A stretch of DNA of 64,000 bases, taken from positions 544,001 to 608,000 of the forward strand of contig JBBCJC010000003.1 in NCBI GenBank assembly GCA_037189525.1, given 5' to 3'. This DNA comes from Gemmatimonadales bacterium (GTDB taxonomy: Bacteria; Gemmatimonadota; Gemmatimonadetes; Gemmatimonadales; GWC2-71-9). Both the position numbers and the translations under genes were made by a program. Position 1 is the stretch's first letter. Each line of letters begins with the position of its first letter. Positions 1 through 9,832 of this stretch are shown in pieces. The notes under the pieces are model-generated. The model saw nothing but the letters and a program-made list of their open reading frames with translations. It did no database searches and was not told where the DNA came from.

Positions 1-1
1 T

Positions 2-466
2 CCGGCCACGCCATACGGTGTGCAGCAGATGCTGATTCGTTCGGGCATCGAAACCAAGGGCATGCATGCGGTCGTGGTCGGCCGCTCGAACATCGTCGGG
101 AAGCCGATGGCCAGCCTCCTGGTGCAGGATACGCCGGGCGGCAATTGCACCGTGACGGTCTGTCATTCGCGGTCTCGCGATCTGCCTGGACTGACTCGGC
201 AGGCGGATCTACTGGTGGTGGCCATCGGACGCCCGGACTTCGTTCGTGGTGATATGATCAAGCCGGGTGCGGTCGTGATCGACGTCGGCATCAATCGCGT
301 CGCGGATGCGGCTGCGCCCAAGGGTTATCGGATCGTCGGTGATGTCGCGTTCGACGAAGCCATGCAGGTTGCGAGCGCGGTCACGCCGGTGCCGGGCGGG
401 GTCGGGAAGATGACGATTGCGATGCTGCTGATGAATACGGTCCAGGCGGCGCGGCAACAGTCGTGA
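2..466 (+). CDS. folD: Bifunctional methylenetetrahydrofolate dehydrogenase/cyclohydrolase (5'-truncated by window)
   Basis: Frame open from position 2 (PATPYGV); motifs [27 protein letters not shown]. Confidence 0.95.
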   Translation, partial: PATPYGVQQMLIRSGIETKGMHAVVVGRSNIVGKPMASLLVQDTPGGNCTVTVCHSRSRDLPGLTRQADLLVVAIGRPDFVRGDMIKPGAVVIDVGINRVADAAAPKGYRIVGDVAFDEAMQVASAVTPVPGGVGKMTIAMLLMNTVQAARQQS

Positions 467-1650
467 AGCGTCGCAGGGTCGCCCCCAACGATTTGTTCGG
501 CGAGGTACCGGCTGCGTCGTCGGGCGCCGACAGTACCCGCGCCGCCTTTTCGGTTTCGGAGCTGGCGGGAGCGCTCAAAGAGCTGGCGGAAGGTGCGCTG
601 GGGCAGGTCTGGGTCAAAGGCGAGCTGACCGGCTTCAAAGCCTACGAAACCGGGCATTGGTACTTCACCCTGCGCGATGAAGGTGCGCAGCTCCGGTGCG
701 TGATGTGGCGGACCTACGCTGAGCGGCTCCGGGTACCGCCGCCCGAGGGCACTGAAGTCTACTTGCTGGGCACGCCCACGGTCTGGGCGCCGCGGGGCGA
801 GTTGCGCCTCTCCGCGGTTACCGTGCTACCGACCAGTGGGGTTGGAGTCCAGCAACTGGCGTTCGAGCGGACCCGCGAACTGCTCGAGCGCGACGGCCTT
901 TTCGATCCGGCCCGCAAACGCGCGTTGCCCGCCTTTCCCCGAGGACTCGCCGTCGTGACCAGCAGTGACGGCGCGGTCATCCACGATATCGTGACGGTCG
1001 CGCGGCGCCGCTGGCCTGCCACCCGGGTGGTCATCGTCCCGGCGCGGGTGCAGGGCGGCGATGCCATCGAGACGCTGGTCGAAGCGCTCGAGATGGTCGA
1101 TCGCCTGACCGACATCGATCTCTGTATCGTCGCCCGCGGCGGCGGAGCCAAGGACGACCTGCTGGCCTTCAACGCCGAGGCCGTCTGCCGGGCCCTGGCG
1201 CGCGTGAGGGTGCCGACCATCTCGGCCATCGGTCACGAAACCGACGTCACCCTGGCTGATCTGATCGCGGACGTGCGGGCGCCGACGCCGTCGGCCGCTG
1301 CGGAGCTGGCGTTACCCGATCGTGCCCAGGTGGCGCGGCATGTGGCGTCGCTGGCCAACCGGCTGGCCGGCGGCCTGCGCCGGCGGATCGACTGGCAGAC
1401 GGAACGAGTCGACCGGATTGCCGATCGGGCCCGCCACGCCATGACCGGACGGCTGCAGCGTCAGTCGCACCGGTTCGAGCGGCTTGCCACCGCCCTCGAT
1501 GCGCTCAATCCGCTGGCTGTGCTGGCGCGAGGCTACAGCGTGGCGCAGACCGACGAAGGCAAAGTCGTCACCCGCCGGAGCCAGTTGCCGCCGGGAACTC
1601 CCTTTACCCTCCGCGTCGCCGATGGCGCGATCCAGGCCAGGTCGGAATGA
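463..1650 (+). CDS. xseA: Exodeoxyribonuclease VII large subunit
   Basis: [11 protein letters not shown]-fold, [22 protein letters not shown]; followed by xseB. Confidence 0.95.
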   Translation: MKRRRVAPNDLFGEVPAASSGADSTRAAFSVSELAGALKELAEGALGQVWVKGELTGFKAYETGHWYFTLRDEGAQLRCVMWRTYAERLRVPPPEGTEVYLLGTPTVWAPRGELRLSAVTVLPTSGVGVQQLAFERTRELLERDGLFDPARKRALPAFPRGLAVVTSSDGAVIHDIVTVARRRWPATRVVIVPARVQGGDAIETLVEALEMVDRLTDIDLCIVARGGGAKDDLLAFNAEAVCRALARVRVPTISAIGHETDVTLADLIADVRAPTPSAAAELALPDRAQVARHVASLANRLAGGLRRRIDWQTERVDRIADRARHAMTGRLQRQSHRFERLATALDALNPLAVLARGYSVAQTDEGKVVTRRSQLPPGTPFTLRVADGAIQARSE

Positions 1651-1865
1651 CTGATCCTTTGAGTGCCGATCTCGACCGGCTTGAACAGATCGTCCATGCC
1701 CTCGAACGCGACGACCTCGATCTCGATGGCGCGCTCGCGCTGTTCGAGGAAGGGATCGGGCGGTTGCGAGCCGCCAAGGAACGACTTGCGGAAGCCGAGG
1801 CCAAGGTCGAACGGGTCCTGACCGACGCCGCCGGCGTGCTCAAGCTCACCCGGTTCGATGCCTGA
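1647..1865 (+). CDS. xseB: Exodeoxyribonuclease VII small subunit
   Basis: 72 aa, LEQIVHALE...LDGALALFEEG pattern; overlaps xseA stop. Confidence 0.92.
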   Translation: MTDPLSADLDRLEQIVHALERDDLDLDGALALFEEGIGRLRAAKERLAEAEAKVERVLTDAAGVLKLTRFDA

Positions 1866-2760
1866 GGCCGCGGCCGAAGCGCTGCTCGCCGAAGCCCAGT
1901 CGATCGCCGAGCACCACCTTCTCGACCTTGCCGAGCGGTTACGGCGCGAGGTGCCGGGCTCGCTGGGCCAGGCGCTGCAGTACGCGCTGGGAACCTCGGG
2001 CAAGCGGATCAGGCCGGCGCTGGTGCTGGCCTGTTACCGTGCGGCGGGAGGCCGGGAGCCCGCGGTTGCGCGGCTTGCGGTTGCGGTCGAGGTGATTCAC
2101 ACCTATTCGCTGGTCCATGACGATCTGCCGTGCATGGACGACGATGCGCGGCGCCGGGGCCGGCCGACCACGCACGTCATGTTCGATGTCACGACGGCCA
2201 CTCGGGTCGGGTACCTCCTGGTTCCCGTGGCCGTCGAGGTGCTCTGCGAAGCTGCCGATGAGCTGCGCCTGTCTGCGGCGACCCGTCAGGCCATTGCCGG
2301 GACCTTGCTGGCGGCGAGCGGGATTCGCGGTATGGTCGGAGGGCAGTGGCTCGACCTCGATGCGGAAGGCCGCTCGCTCGAGGCCGCGGAGCTCACCGCC
2401 ATCCATGCGCGGAAGACTGGCGCCTTGATCGAAGCGGCCTGCGTGGTGGGAGGGCTCGCGGCGGGAGCAAACCCCGCGATGCTGGCCGGCCTGGCCGGGT
2501 TCGGGCGGGAAATCGGGCTGGCCTTCCAGGTCGCCGACGACGTCCTCGATGCGACCGCCACGACGGCGCAGCTCGGGAAGACGGCCGGACGGGACGCCTC
2601 TCTCGGCAAATCCACCTATGTCCGCTTTCTCGGTGTCGACGGGGCGCGGACCGAGGCGATCCGGCTGGCTGATGCGGCGGTTCGGTCGCTCGACCAGGCG
2701 GGGATCGTCGAACCATCCCTGCCCAGTCTGGCCCGTTATATTGTGAATCGACAGTCTTGA
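1858..2760 (+). CDS. ispA: Farnesyl/geranylgeranyl diphosphate synthase
   Basis: GKRIRP, HDDLPCMDDD-RRG, FQVADDVLD, GKTAGRD. Confidence 0.93.
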   Translation: MPEAAAEALLAEAQSIAEHHLLDLAERLRREVPGSLGQALQYALGTSGKRIRPALVLACYRAAGGREPAVARLAVAVEVIHTYSLVHDDLPCMDDDARRRGRPTTHVMFDVTTATRVGYLLVPVAVEVLCEAADELRLSAATRQAIAGTLLAASGIRGMVGGQWLDLDAEGRSLEAAELTAIHARKTGALIEAACVVGGLAAGANPAMLAGLAGFGREIGLAFQVADDVLDATATTAQLGKTAGRDASLGKSTYVRFLGVDGARTEAIRLADAAVRSLDQAGIVEPSLPSLARYIVNRQS

Positions 2761-2770
2761 AGGATTCTGC

Positions 2771-4669
2771 ATGTCGCTTTTATCGACTCTTCGGGGTCCG
2801 GCCGACCTGAAACAGCTCTCGCGCGAGCAGTTACCCGAGCTCGCCGAGGATATCCGCCAGCGTTTGATTCAGGCGTGTTCGGTCACCGGCGGTCACATCG
2901 GCGCCAGCCTGGGGTGCGTCGAGCTGGCCATCGCGCTGCTCTACGAGTTCGACTCGCCCTCCGACAAGGTCGTCTGGGACGTCGGGCATCAGGCGTATGC
3001 CTGGAAGTTGCTCACCGGGCGGGATGCCGGTTTCGAAACGTTGCGCCAGCGCGATGGGATCTCGGGTTTCCTCAAGCGGAATGAAAGCGAGCACGATCAG
3101 TTCGGGGCGGGGCATGCCGGTACCGCGATGTCCGCAGCTTTCGGGATGGCGACGGCGCGGGATCTCCTGGGGCTCGATTACAAGGTCGTCGCCGTCGTTG
3201 GTGATGGCGCCCTGACGTGTGGCCTCTCGTACGAGGGGATGAACAACGCCGGACACTCCGACCGCGACGTCATCCTGATCGTCAACGACAATGGGATGTC
3301 GATTTCTCCCAACGTCGGCGCCATCAGCAAAACACTCGGCCGCATCGTCGCGAGTCCGTTCACAAATCGCCTGCGCGACGTGGTGAAGCACTGGACCTTC
3401 AAGGCCGGGAAGGTCTTCGGCGACGAAGTGGTGGAGTTTGCCAAAAATGTCGAAGAGAGCGCGAAGAATCTCTTCTCCGAAGGGATGTTCTTCGAGGAGT
3501 TGGGCTTCCGCTACTTCGGCCCGATCGACGGCCATGATGTCGGCAAGCTGTGCGACACCTTCCGGTTCGTTCGTTCGCTCTCCGGTCCGCGGGTCATCCA
3601 CGTCCTGACGGAAAAGGGGAAGGGCTTTGTTTATGCCGAGGCCAACAAGGAAAAGTGGCACGGCCTGGCAGCCTACGATCCCGAAACGGGCGATCTCCGC
3701 AAAGCGGCCAGCGGGCCGCCCACCTGGACCCAGGTATTCGGTGAAGCGCTGACGGCGCTGGCCGACGACCATCGCGATTTCGTGGTGATCACCGCGGCAA
3801 TGCCGTCGGGAACGGGCACCGGCATCTTTCAGCGGAAATGGCCGGAGCGGTTCTTCGATACCGGCATTGCCGAAGGACACGCCGTCACGTTCGCGGCCGG
3901 CATGGCCACCCAGGGCGTCCGCCCCGTCTGCGCGATCTACTCGACGTTCCTGCAGCGCGCGTACGACAACATCATTCATGATGTGGCCATCCAGCACCTG
4001 CCCGTGATGTTCTGCATGGATCGCGCGGGACTGGTCGGCGAAGATGGCCATACGCACATGGGCCTCTATGACATCCCGTACATGCTGGCCGTGCCCGGGA
4101 TGGTCGTGACCGCGCCCAAAGATGCCAATGAACTGATCGGCTTGATCAAGACCGGGCTCCGCTACAACGACGGCCCGTTCTGCACTCGGTATCCGCGGGA
4201 CAAGGCTCCCGCCGAGCCGTCGCCGATCGATACCATTCCGGCGGTACCGCTCGGCAGCTGGGAAATGCTGCGCAGCGGGTCCGATGCCGCCATTCTCGCG
4301 GTCGGGACCATGGTGGCGCCGGCGCTGGATGCCGCCGCTCGCCTCGAAGCCGAGGGGGTCGATGCCGCGGTGGTCAACTGCCGCTTCCTCAAGCCGTACG
4401 ACCGTGCCATGCTCGAGACGATCGTGGCGGGGACCAAGCGGATCATCACGGTGGAAGAGGGCTGCGTCGTCAACGGCTTCGGTGCGTACCTGGCGCGTGA
4501 ACTGAGTGAAACCCATCCCGAGGTCCAGGTCATCACGCTCGGCGTGCCCGATCAGCTGATCGATCAGGCGCCGCGGGCCGATCAGTTGGCCTGGTTCGGG
4601 CTGACCGGGCCGCAGATTGCCGAGCGCGTCCTGGCGCTCAAGCACGAGTCCAGCTTCGAGGCTCGATGA
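2771..4669 (+). CDS. dxs: 1-deoxy-D-xylulose-5-phosphate synthase
   Basis: GGHIGASLG, WDVGHQAY, GDGALT, YSTFLQRAYD, DRAGLVGEDG. Confidence 0.97.
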   Translation: MSLLSTLRGPADLKQLSREQLPELAEDIRQRLIQACSVTGGHIGASLGCVELAIALLYEFDSPSDKVVWDVGHQAYAWKLLTGRDAGFETLRQRDGISGFLKRNESEHDQFGAGHAGTAMSAAFGMATARDLLGLDYKVVAVVGDGALTCGLSYEGMNNAGHSDRDVILIVNDNGMSISPNVGAISKTLGRIVASPFTNRLRDVVKHWTFKAGKVFGDEVVEFAKNVEESAKNLFSEGMFFEELGFRYFGPIDGHDVGKLCDTFRFVRSLSGPRVIHVLTEKGKGFVYAEANKEKWHGLAAYDPETGDLRKAASGPPTWTQVFGEALTALADDHRDFVVITAAMPSGTGTGIFQRKWPERFFDTGIAEGHAVTFAAGMATQGVRPVCAIYSTFLQRAYDNIIHDVAIQHLPVMFCMDRAGLVGEDGHTHMGLYDIPYMLAVPGMVVTAPKDANELIGLIKTGLRYNDGPFCTRYPRDKAPAEPSPIDTIPAVPLGSWEMLRSGSDAAILAVGTMVAPALDAAARLEAEGVDAAVVNCRFLKPYDRAMLETIVAGTKRIITVEEGCVVNGFGAYLARELSETHPEVQVITLGVPDQLIDQAPRADQLAWFGLTGPQIAERVLALKHESSFEAR

Positions 4670-5535
4670 ACGTCGGCGTCATCGGCAATCCTCGTTATCG
4701 TGGCCTCTCCGCCATCCTTGCGGGGCTTGCCGATCGCGCCGAGTCGCTCGGCATCGCCTTCCAGACGGAGCCGGAACTGGCCTCGCTGTGGGGGCGGCCG
4801 ATCCCGCTGATCGATACCAGCACCCTCGACGCAATGCTGACTCTGGGCGGCGACGGCACCCTGTTGCGGGGCGCCCGCTCGCTGGCCGGCCGGCCGGTCC
4901 CGCTCCTGGGTGTCAACCTGGGGCGAGTCGGGTTTCTGACTGCCTGCACCCGGAGTGATCTCGATCAGGCCGTGACCCAACTGGCCTCGGGTGAGTACGA
5001 GGTCGAACATCGCCTGGCGCTCAATACCGAGATCGTCGGCAAGGGCGGTTCGCGCTTCACGCTGCCTCAGGCGCTCAACGATGTCTGCGTCCACAAGGCC
5101 GGTGTGGCGCGGATGATCCAGCTCGCGGTCACCGTCGACGATCAGGAAGTCGGACCGTACAGCGCCGACGGCCTCATCATCGCCACGCCGACCGGGTCGA
5201 CCGCCTATTCGCTGTCGGCCGGGGGGCCGATCATCGCGCCCAGTGTTCGGGCTGTGGTCATCACACCCATCTGCGCCCATACGCTCGCCGTGCGCCCGCT
5301 CGTAATCCATGCCAGTTCCCGGATCGGTATCGTCCCGTTCCAGGGCTCTGCCGGCGACCTGTTGATTTCGATCGACGGGCAGCAGGCCATGTCACTCGGT
5401 CCCGACGATGTGGTCGAGATCGTCCGGAGCCCCGAGTTCGTACACTTGGTGCGCTTGGGCCCCCGCGCCTACTTCAGCCGACTGAGAGAGAGCCTCCGCT
5501 GGGGCGATCTCGCGGAGCGCGACGGACGGCAATGA
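4666..5535 (+). CDS. nadK: NAD kinase
   Basis: LGGDGTLL, NLGRVGFL, DGLIIATPTGSTAYSLSAGG. Confidence 0.96.
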   Translation: MNVGVIGNPRYRGLSAILAGLADRAESLGIAFQTEPELASLWGRPIPLIDTSTLDAMLTLGGDGTLLRGARSLAGRPVPLLGVNLGRVGFLTACTRSDLDQAVTQLASGEYEVEHRLALNTEIVGKGGSRFTLPQALNDVCVHKAGVARMIQLAVTVDDQEVGPYSADGLIIATPTGSTAYSLSAGGPIIAPSVRAVVITPICAHTLAVRPLVIHASSRIGIVPFQGSAGDLLISIDGQQAMSLGPDDVVEIVRSPEFVHLVRLGPRAYFSRLRESLRWGDLAERDGRQ

Positions 5536-7199
5536 TCACCGAGCTCCGCGTTCGCGATCTGGTCACCATCGCCGACGCCACTTTGCAGCTCGGGCCCGGT
5601 CTCAACGTCCTGACGGGCGAAACGGGGGCCGGCAAATCGATGCTGGTCGACGCCCTGGCCCTTCTCCTGGGCGGTCGCGCCGAGAGTGGAGCGGTCCGGC
5701 CGGGTGCCGCGAAAGCCATCGTCGAGGCGGTCTTTGAGCCGCTGCCCAAAGGGGTCGATCGGGTTCTCGAATCGCTCGGCCTGGACCCGGTCGACGATCG
5801 GCTCGTCATCCGGCGGGACGTCTCGACCGAAGGCCGGTCTCGCGCCTGGGTCAACGGCAGTCCGACCACCATCGCCGCGCTCGAGCAGATCGGTGGATGG
5901 CTGGTCGACCTCCACGGCCAGCACCAGAGCCAATCCCTTCGCCATCCCGATGCGCAGCGGCACCTGCTCGACGCCTATGCCGGCGCGCGGGCCGATGCGC
6001 TGGCGGTCGCGGCGGCGCACCGCGCGCTGGTCGAACTGGCTCGCGACGAGTCCGACCTGGTCGAACGGCGTGACGCCGCCCTCAAGCGGGCCGACTATCT
6101 CCGCCATGTCGTTGCCGAAATCGATGCCGCCAAGCTGACCGCGGGCGAGGAGGATCGGCTCGATCAGGACATCACCCGGCTGACCCATGCCGAGGAGATG
6201 CGCGAGCTGAGCGACCGGATCGGCGCGGCGGTCGACGATGATGACGATGGCGTCCTCAAGGCGCTCCACGACGCCGAACGCGCCCTGACTCGGCTCGAGC
6301 GACTCGACGGCGCGGTGGGCGAATGGCGGAGCTGTCTCGACGGCGCCTACGCATCGCTCGAAGAACTGGCCCGCCTGGCTCGCGACTACGCGCGCGGAAT
6401 CGAAGACGATCCGCGGCGGTTACGCGAGCTGGAGGCCCGCCGCGATGTGCTCGATCGGTTGGCGCGCAAGCACGGGGCAACGGTTGCTGCGATCCTGGAG
6501 ACCCGGGCCCAGGCCGCCGCCGAACTCGATCTGGTCGACCGGGCCGAGTTCGACCTCGCCGCGCTGGCCGCGCGCCGGCAGGCCGCGGAGGAGGCGCTCC
6601 AGAGCGCGGCACGCGGCCTGAGCGATCGTCGCCGGGTGGCGGGCGATCGGCTGGCCCGCGCGGTCAATCGCCAGCTTCCCAAGCTGGGACTGCCCGGTGG
6701 TCGCTTCGAAGTCGGCCTGATTCCGTTGGATCCGATCGGTCCGCACGGAGCGGATCAGGTCCAGTTCACCGCGCAACTCAATCTGGGGTTGGAAGCGCGC
6801 CCGGTGCATCGGGCGGCCTCCGGTGGGGAACTTTCCCGGCTCTTGCTGGCGCTGACCGTAGCGCTTGCCAGGCAGGACGGGGTGCCGACGCTGGTGTTCG
6901 ACGAAATCGATCAGGGCGTCGGCGGCGAGGTCGGTCCCCAGCTCGGTACGGCGCTGGCGGAGGTTGCGGCCCGGCACCAGGTGCTGGTGATCACTCACCT
7001 GCCTACCGTGGCGGCGCGGGCCGATCGTCACGTCGTGGTCAGCAAGCGGGCCAAGGGAGGCATTGCCACCAGTGATGTGGAGGTGCTCCACGGCGAAGAT
7101 CGCATCACCGAGATTGCCCGGATGCTGGGTGACGCCGACGGCGACTCGGCCCGGCGCCACGCCATGACACTGCTGGGGCAGGCCCCGGTCCGGCGCTAG
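5532..7199 (+). CDS. recN: DNA repair protein RecN
   Basis: TGETGAGKS Walker A, ASGGELSR signature, VFDEIDQG, ITHLP. Confidence 0.96.
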   Translation: MITELRVRDLVTIADATLQLGPGLNVLTGETGAGKSMLVDALALLLGGRAESGAVRPGAAKAIVEAVFEPLPKGVDRVLESLGLDPVDDRLVIRRDVSTEGRSRAWVNGSPTTIAALEQIGGWLVDLHGQHQSQSLRHPDAQRHLLDAYAGARADALAVAAAHRALVELARDESDLVERRDAALKRADYLRHVVAEIDAAKLTAGEEDRLDQDITRLTHAEEMRELSDRIGAAVDDDDDGVLKALHDAERALTRLERLDGAVGEWRSCLDGAYASLEELARLARDYARGIEDDPRRLRELEARRDVLDRLARKHGATVAAILETRAQAAAELDLVDRAEFDLAALAARRQAAEEALQSAARGLSDRRRVAGDRLARAVNRQLPKLGLPGGRFEVGLIPLDPIGPHGADQVQFTAQLNLGLEARPVHRAASGGELSRLLLALTVALARQDGVPTLVFDEIDQGVGGEVGPQLGTALAEVAARHQVLVITHLPTVAARADRHVVVSKRAKGGIATSDVEVLHGEDRITEIARMLGDADGDSARRHAMTLLGQAPVRR

Positions 7200-8818
7200 C
7201 GGGCCGGCGCGCCGTTCTGCTCGCCGAAGAGGCGGGTGTAGAATCGCAGGTCGATCCGGACCAGGTGCGCGTCCGGGAGAATGCCCGTTTGGCTCCGGAC
7301 GATGCGCTGATACCGGAAGCTGGCATCCATGGGGAGCTTCCGGCGACCGAGTTTGTCGACGCCGGAATGGGTGTAGGTCAATCCCGCATTGACGGTCATG
7401 AAGGTCGACTTGCTGCCATCCGCCAGCACCGCCAGGTCGACGCCCTCGACTTCAGGCTGGCCAGCGACGTAACTGTACTGATCGACGCCTCGAGACCAGT
7501 AGTCCACTCCCGCATAGAACATCAGATAGGGCGCCAGACGAAAAAACGGCTGCGCGGACAGGCGGACGACGTCGCCCGGGTCGCGACGGACGCCGGCCAG
7601 CGACGTGGCCGGCGCGATTGGCTGCTCTCGCGGAGTGACGCGCCGGTTCTGGTTGCCGGGCAACTGGAGGTTGTAGCCACCGGTGAGCCGCGCACCAAGC
7701 CGGCCCAGGCTCAGATCCGTCACCAGGGAAATCTCGACGTCGGGCTGGCGATCTCCCGTGCCGACATCGAAGAGCCGGTCCGGCTGGTCGAGCTGCGCGG
7801 TGCGAAGTCGGACCGTGCCGTCCAATACCGTCCGGATGCCGCTGCCGAACGTCGAGGCCGGATAGCGGTCGATCAATCCGATCGAGGCGCCGACCTCGAC
7901 ATCACCGAGATAGGAGTAGACCGGGGTATCGATCCGACCGGTGCGAATCGATCCATCCGGGTTGGTCAGGTATTCCTCGAAGCCTGCGTAGCCGAGTCGT
8001 GAGCCGGGAAGGGCAGGCTGGCCGGTGGCGCCGGTGACTCCCACGGCCGCCAGGTCGCTCCGCAGGGTTGCCACGAGCTGGAGTAATGCCACGCCGGCCG
8101 CCGACGTCCGGGTCGGGGCAAAATCCGCCGTGGGACTTTGCAGCAACGCGGTCAGGTCGGCCTGCTTGGCCTGGACCCTGGCGGCCGTCTCGATGGCGCG
8201 CTGCTTGAGCGCGGGGTCGCTGTCGTAGTCGCCCGCGGCAATCCGGCCGTTGAGGACGGCCAGCGCGGAGTTCAACTCGATGAAGAACGATTGGGTTGCG
8301 GCGCGTCCGGCGGCGTCGCCGTAGACCGGGCTGGCCGGGTTGAACGCGGCGTTGGCGCCGGAGGAATCTATCACGACGCGAGGCTCCGCATCGACGGCGA
8401 CGATCGGCACCCAGCCGCGAACCGTCAGCCAGCGCGTCAGGCCCAGCGCGCCGCCGATCCCGAAGGTGTTGCGCCCCACGATCTGAGAGGCAACTGCCCG
8501 CCCGACCGACAGGTTGAGCGCCTCGATGCCGGTGGCTCGGCGCAGCGCGTCTTCACTCGCGCCGAGTGTCGGCAGGAACCGCCGATCGAGGGGCGCATTG
8601 AAATCGGCAACCGCTTCTTCGCGCCCGCCGTTGTTCCAGCGCCAGTCCCAATTCTCGAACTCTGCCGAGAGAGTCCATTGGATTCGACCCTTGGGTACCA
8701 AGAGCGGCAACCCCGGCGCCGAGAGCGGTGCCGGTACCTGGGCCACTGCCAAGGAGGGGATGAGGTGGCTGAGGACGAGGCCGACGGTCAGCAGCGAGGC
8801 GCGGAGCATAGCGGGCAT
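7196..8818 (-). CDS. Secreted hypothetical protein, probable outer-membrane beta-barrel
   Basis: Start re-assigned to ATG 8818 or 8809 because the longer ORF runs through the tRNA; signal peptide MLRASLLTVGLVLSHLIPSLAVAQ; alternating hydrophobic/aromatic strands ending VRIDLRFY. Confidence 0.7.
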   Translation of the reverse strand: MPAMLRASLLTVGLVLSHLIPSLAVAQVPAPLSAPGLPLLVPKGRIQWTLSAEFENWDWRWNNGGREEAVADFNAPLDRRFLPTLGASEDALRRATGIEALNLSVGRAVASQIVGRNTFGIGGALGLTRWLTVRGWVPIVAVDAEPRVVIDSSGANAAFNPASPVYGDAAGRAATQSFFIELNSALAVLNGRIAAGDYDSDPALKQRAIETAARVQAKQADLTALLQSPTADFAPTRTSAAGVALLQLVATLRSDLAAVGVTGATGQPALPGSRLGYAGFEEYLTNPDGSIRTGRIDTPVYSYLGDVEVGASIGLIDRYPASTFGSGIRTVLDGTVRLRTAQLDQPDRLFDVGTGDRQPDVEISLVTDLSLGRLGARLTGGYNLQLPGNQNRRVTPREQPIAPATSLAGVRRDPGDVVRLSAQPFFRLAPYLMFYAGVDYWSRGVDQYSYVAGQPEVEGVDLAVLADGSKSTFMTVNAGLTYTHSGVDKLGRRKLPMDASFRYQRIVRSQTGILPDAHLVRIDLRFYTRLFGEQNGAPAR

Positions 8819-8893
8819 TGAGGGGGAAAATGCCCGGCTCGGGCGTCGGATGCCAGGGGATCGTGCGCCTGCGTGAGGCGCGATGACCGAGAG

Positions 8894-8977
8894 TGCTCGG
8901 GGCGGGACTCGAACCCGCATGGGGTTGCCCCCGAGGGATTTTAAGTCCCTTGTGTCTACCGGTTTCACCACCCGAGC
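8894..8977 (-). tRNA. tRNA-Leu (anticodon UAA), CCA not encoded
   Basis: GCTCGGG/CCCGAGC-type acceptor stem, AGGGA-CTTAAAA-TCCCT anticodon arm, long variable arm, GGTTCGAGTCC T-arm. Confidence 0.96.
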
Positions 8978-9261
8978 GGGAGTCGTGACACGTGGTGAAG
9001 ATAGTCGCCGCTCGGACCCGTGGCGAATCCGGTGCAACGAAGGCGGCGTGGTCCCTGTCCAATGCGCAGCGCCACCTGCGAAGACTGCGGATTCCCCGGC
9101 CCGATTGCTAAGGAGGGCCGCCGGAGCGTGCCGATGGCCCGAAGTGTGCTTGGTACCCTGATGTATGCCCGGGAAGCTGCCGGTGTCAGGCGCAGTTGCG
9201 ACGCGATAGGCGGGTAGTTTGGGCCGCCGCCGAAATCCGTTTCGGTTTTTCGCTACCGCTC

Positions 9262-9289
9262 TTGACAATATTTGTATACATTGTATGTG
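9262..9289 (+). promoter_or_regulatory. Putative sigma70 promoter with palindrome TGTATACA in spacer
   Basis: Perfect TTGACA at 9262-9267, weak -10 TATGTG at 9284-9289 (16 bp spacer), AT-rich island; palindrome at 9273-9280. Confidence 0.5.
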
Positions 9290-9445
9290 CAGGGTTTGGC
9301 CAGAGGTTCGTGTTAACTGGGCAGGTAGGTCAGGTGAGGCCGTCTCGTGACTACGCGGGGGCCTTGCCCGGGGCATCATGCCAGGTCCGGCATGTGCGCA
9401 CCGGGTCGTACGGGGACCGTTCTCCTTCGGAGGCTCGAAACTGGT

Positions 9446-9664
9446 ATGGCAAAGGCTGCAAAGAAGAACCCGAAGTTCGTCGCACTGGGTCGTAAGGGTG
9501 GTAAGGCCACGGCCAAGACGCGTAAAAAGTCAGAATGGGCGCGCCTGGGCCGGCTCGGTGGTTTGGCCACGGCAAAGACCCGCACCAAGGCGCAGCGGTC
9601 CGCGTCGGCTCGGAAGGCCGCGTTGGCCCGGCACGCCAAGGCACGCGCCAAGAAGCGGTCGTAA
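9446..9664 (+). CDS. Small Lys/Arg/Ala-rich protein with two GRxGG (KGG-like) repeats, possible nucleic-acid-binding protein
   Basis: GGAGG at 9429-9433 before ATG 9446; 72 aa; repeats LGRKGGKATAKTRKK and LGRLGGLATAKTRTK differ mainly at synonymous sites. Confidence 0.8.
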   Translation: MAKAAKKNPKFVALGRKGGKATAKTRKKSEWARLGRLGGLATAKTRTKAQRSASARKAALARHAKARAKKRS

Positions 9665-9686
9665 GGTAGAGAGCGCCGAAGGTAAC

Positions 9687-9721
9687 TTTCGCCCCTTGGC
9701 ATCACGTTCCAAGGGGCGGAA
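9687..9721. terminator. Stem-loop between convergent genes, probable terminator or 3' stabiliser
   Basis: TTTCGCCCCTTGG-N9-CCAAGGGGCGGAA, 13 bp with one G-U pair; outer AGCGCC/GGCGCT helix at 9672/9727. Confidence 0.5.
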
Positions 9722-9832
9722 GGCGCTACTTGTCCGAGTCGTCTTCGGACGAGTTGACGTAGTCTTTTTTCCCGATTGTTCCCGCCGAAATTTCAGTTGA
9801 ACCAGGGGAGTGCCCGGTTGCGTGGGGAGATG

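Noticed and set aside
4660..4670. No tlyA between dxs and nadK
   Set aside because: This gene is variably present in the cluster; the genes overlap cleanly with no remnant.
8894..8977. tRNA-Leu(UAA) as a bldA-like developmental switch or an integration site
   Set aside because: TTA codons occur in core genes (dxs codon 4, xseA, ispA). I saw no integrase or duplicated tRNA 3' end.
9024..9190. Cobalamin riboswitch-like words (GAATCCGGTGCAA, GCCACCTG, GGGAAG, GTCAGG)
   Set aside because: The TCCGG partner strand and the AGGGAA and ACTGT elements are missing, and the downstream gene is not B12-related. An Infernal search would settle it.
9062..9217. Short ORF with a CEDCG motif
   Set aside because: Single CxxC, no SD, no other coding evidence.
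8819..9379. N-terminal 187 aa of the 727-aa ORF
   Set aside because: It runs through tRNA-Leu and its promoter region; the signal peptide begins at 8818/8809.
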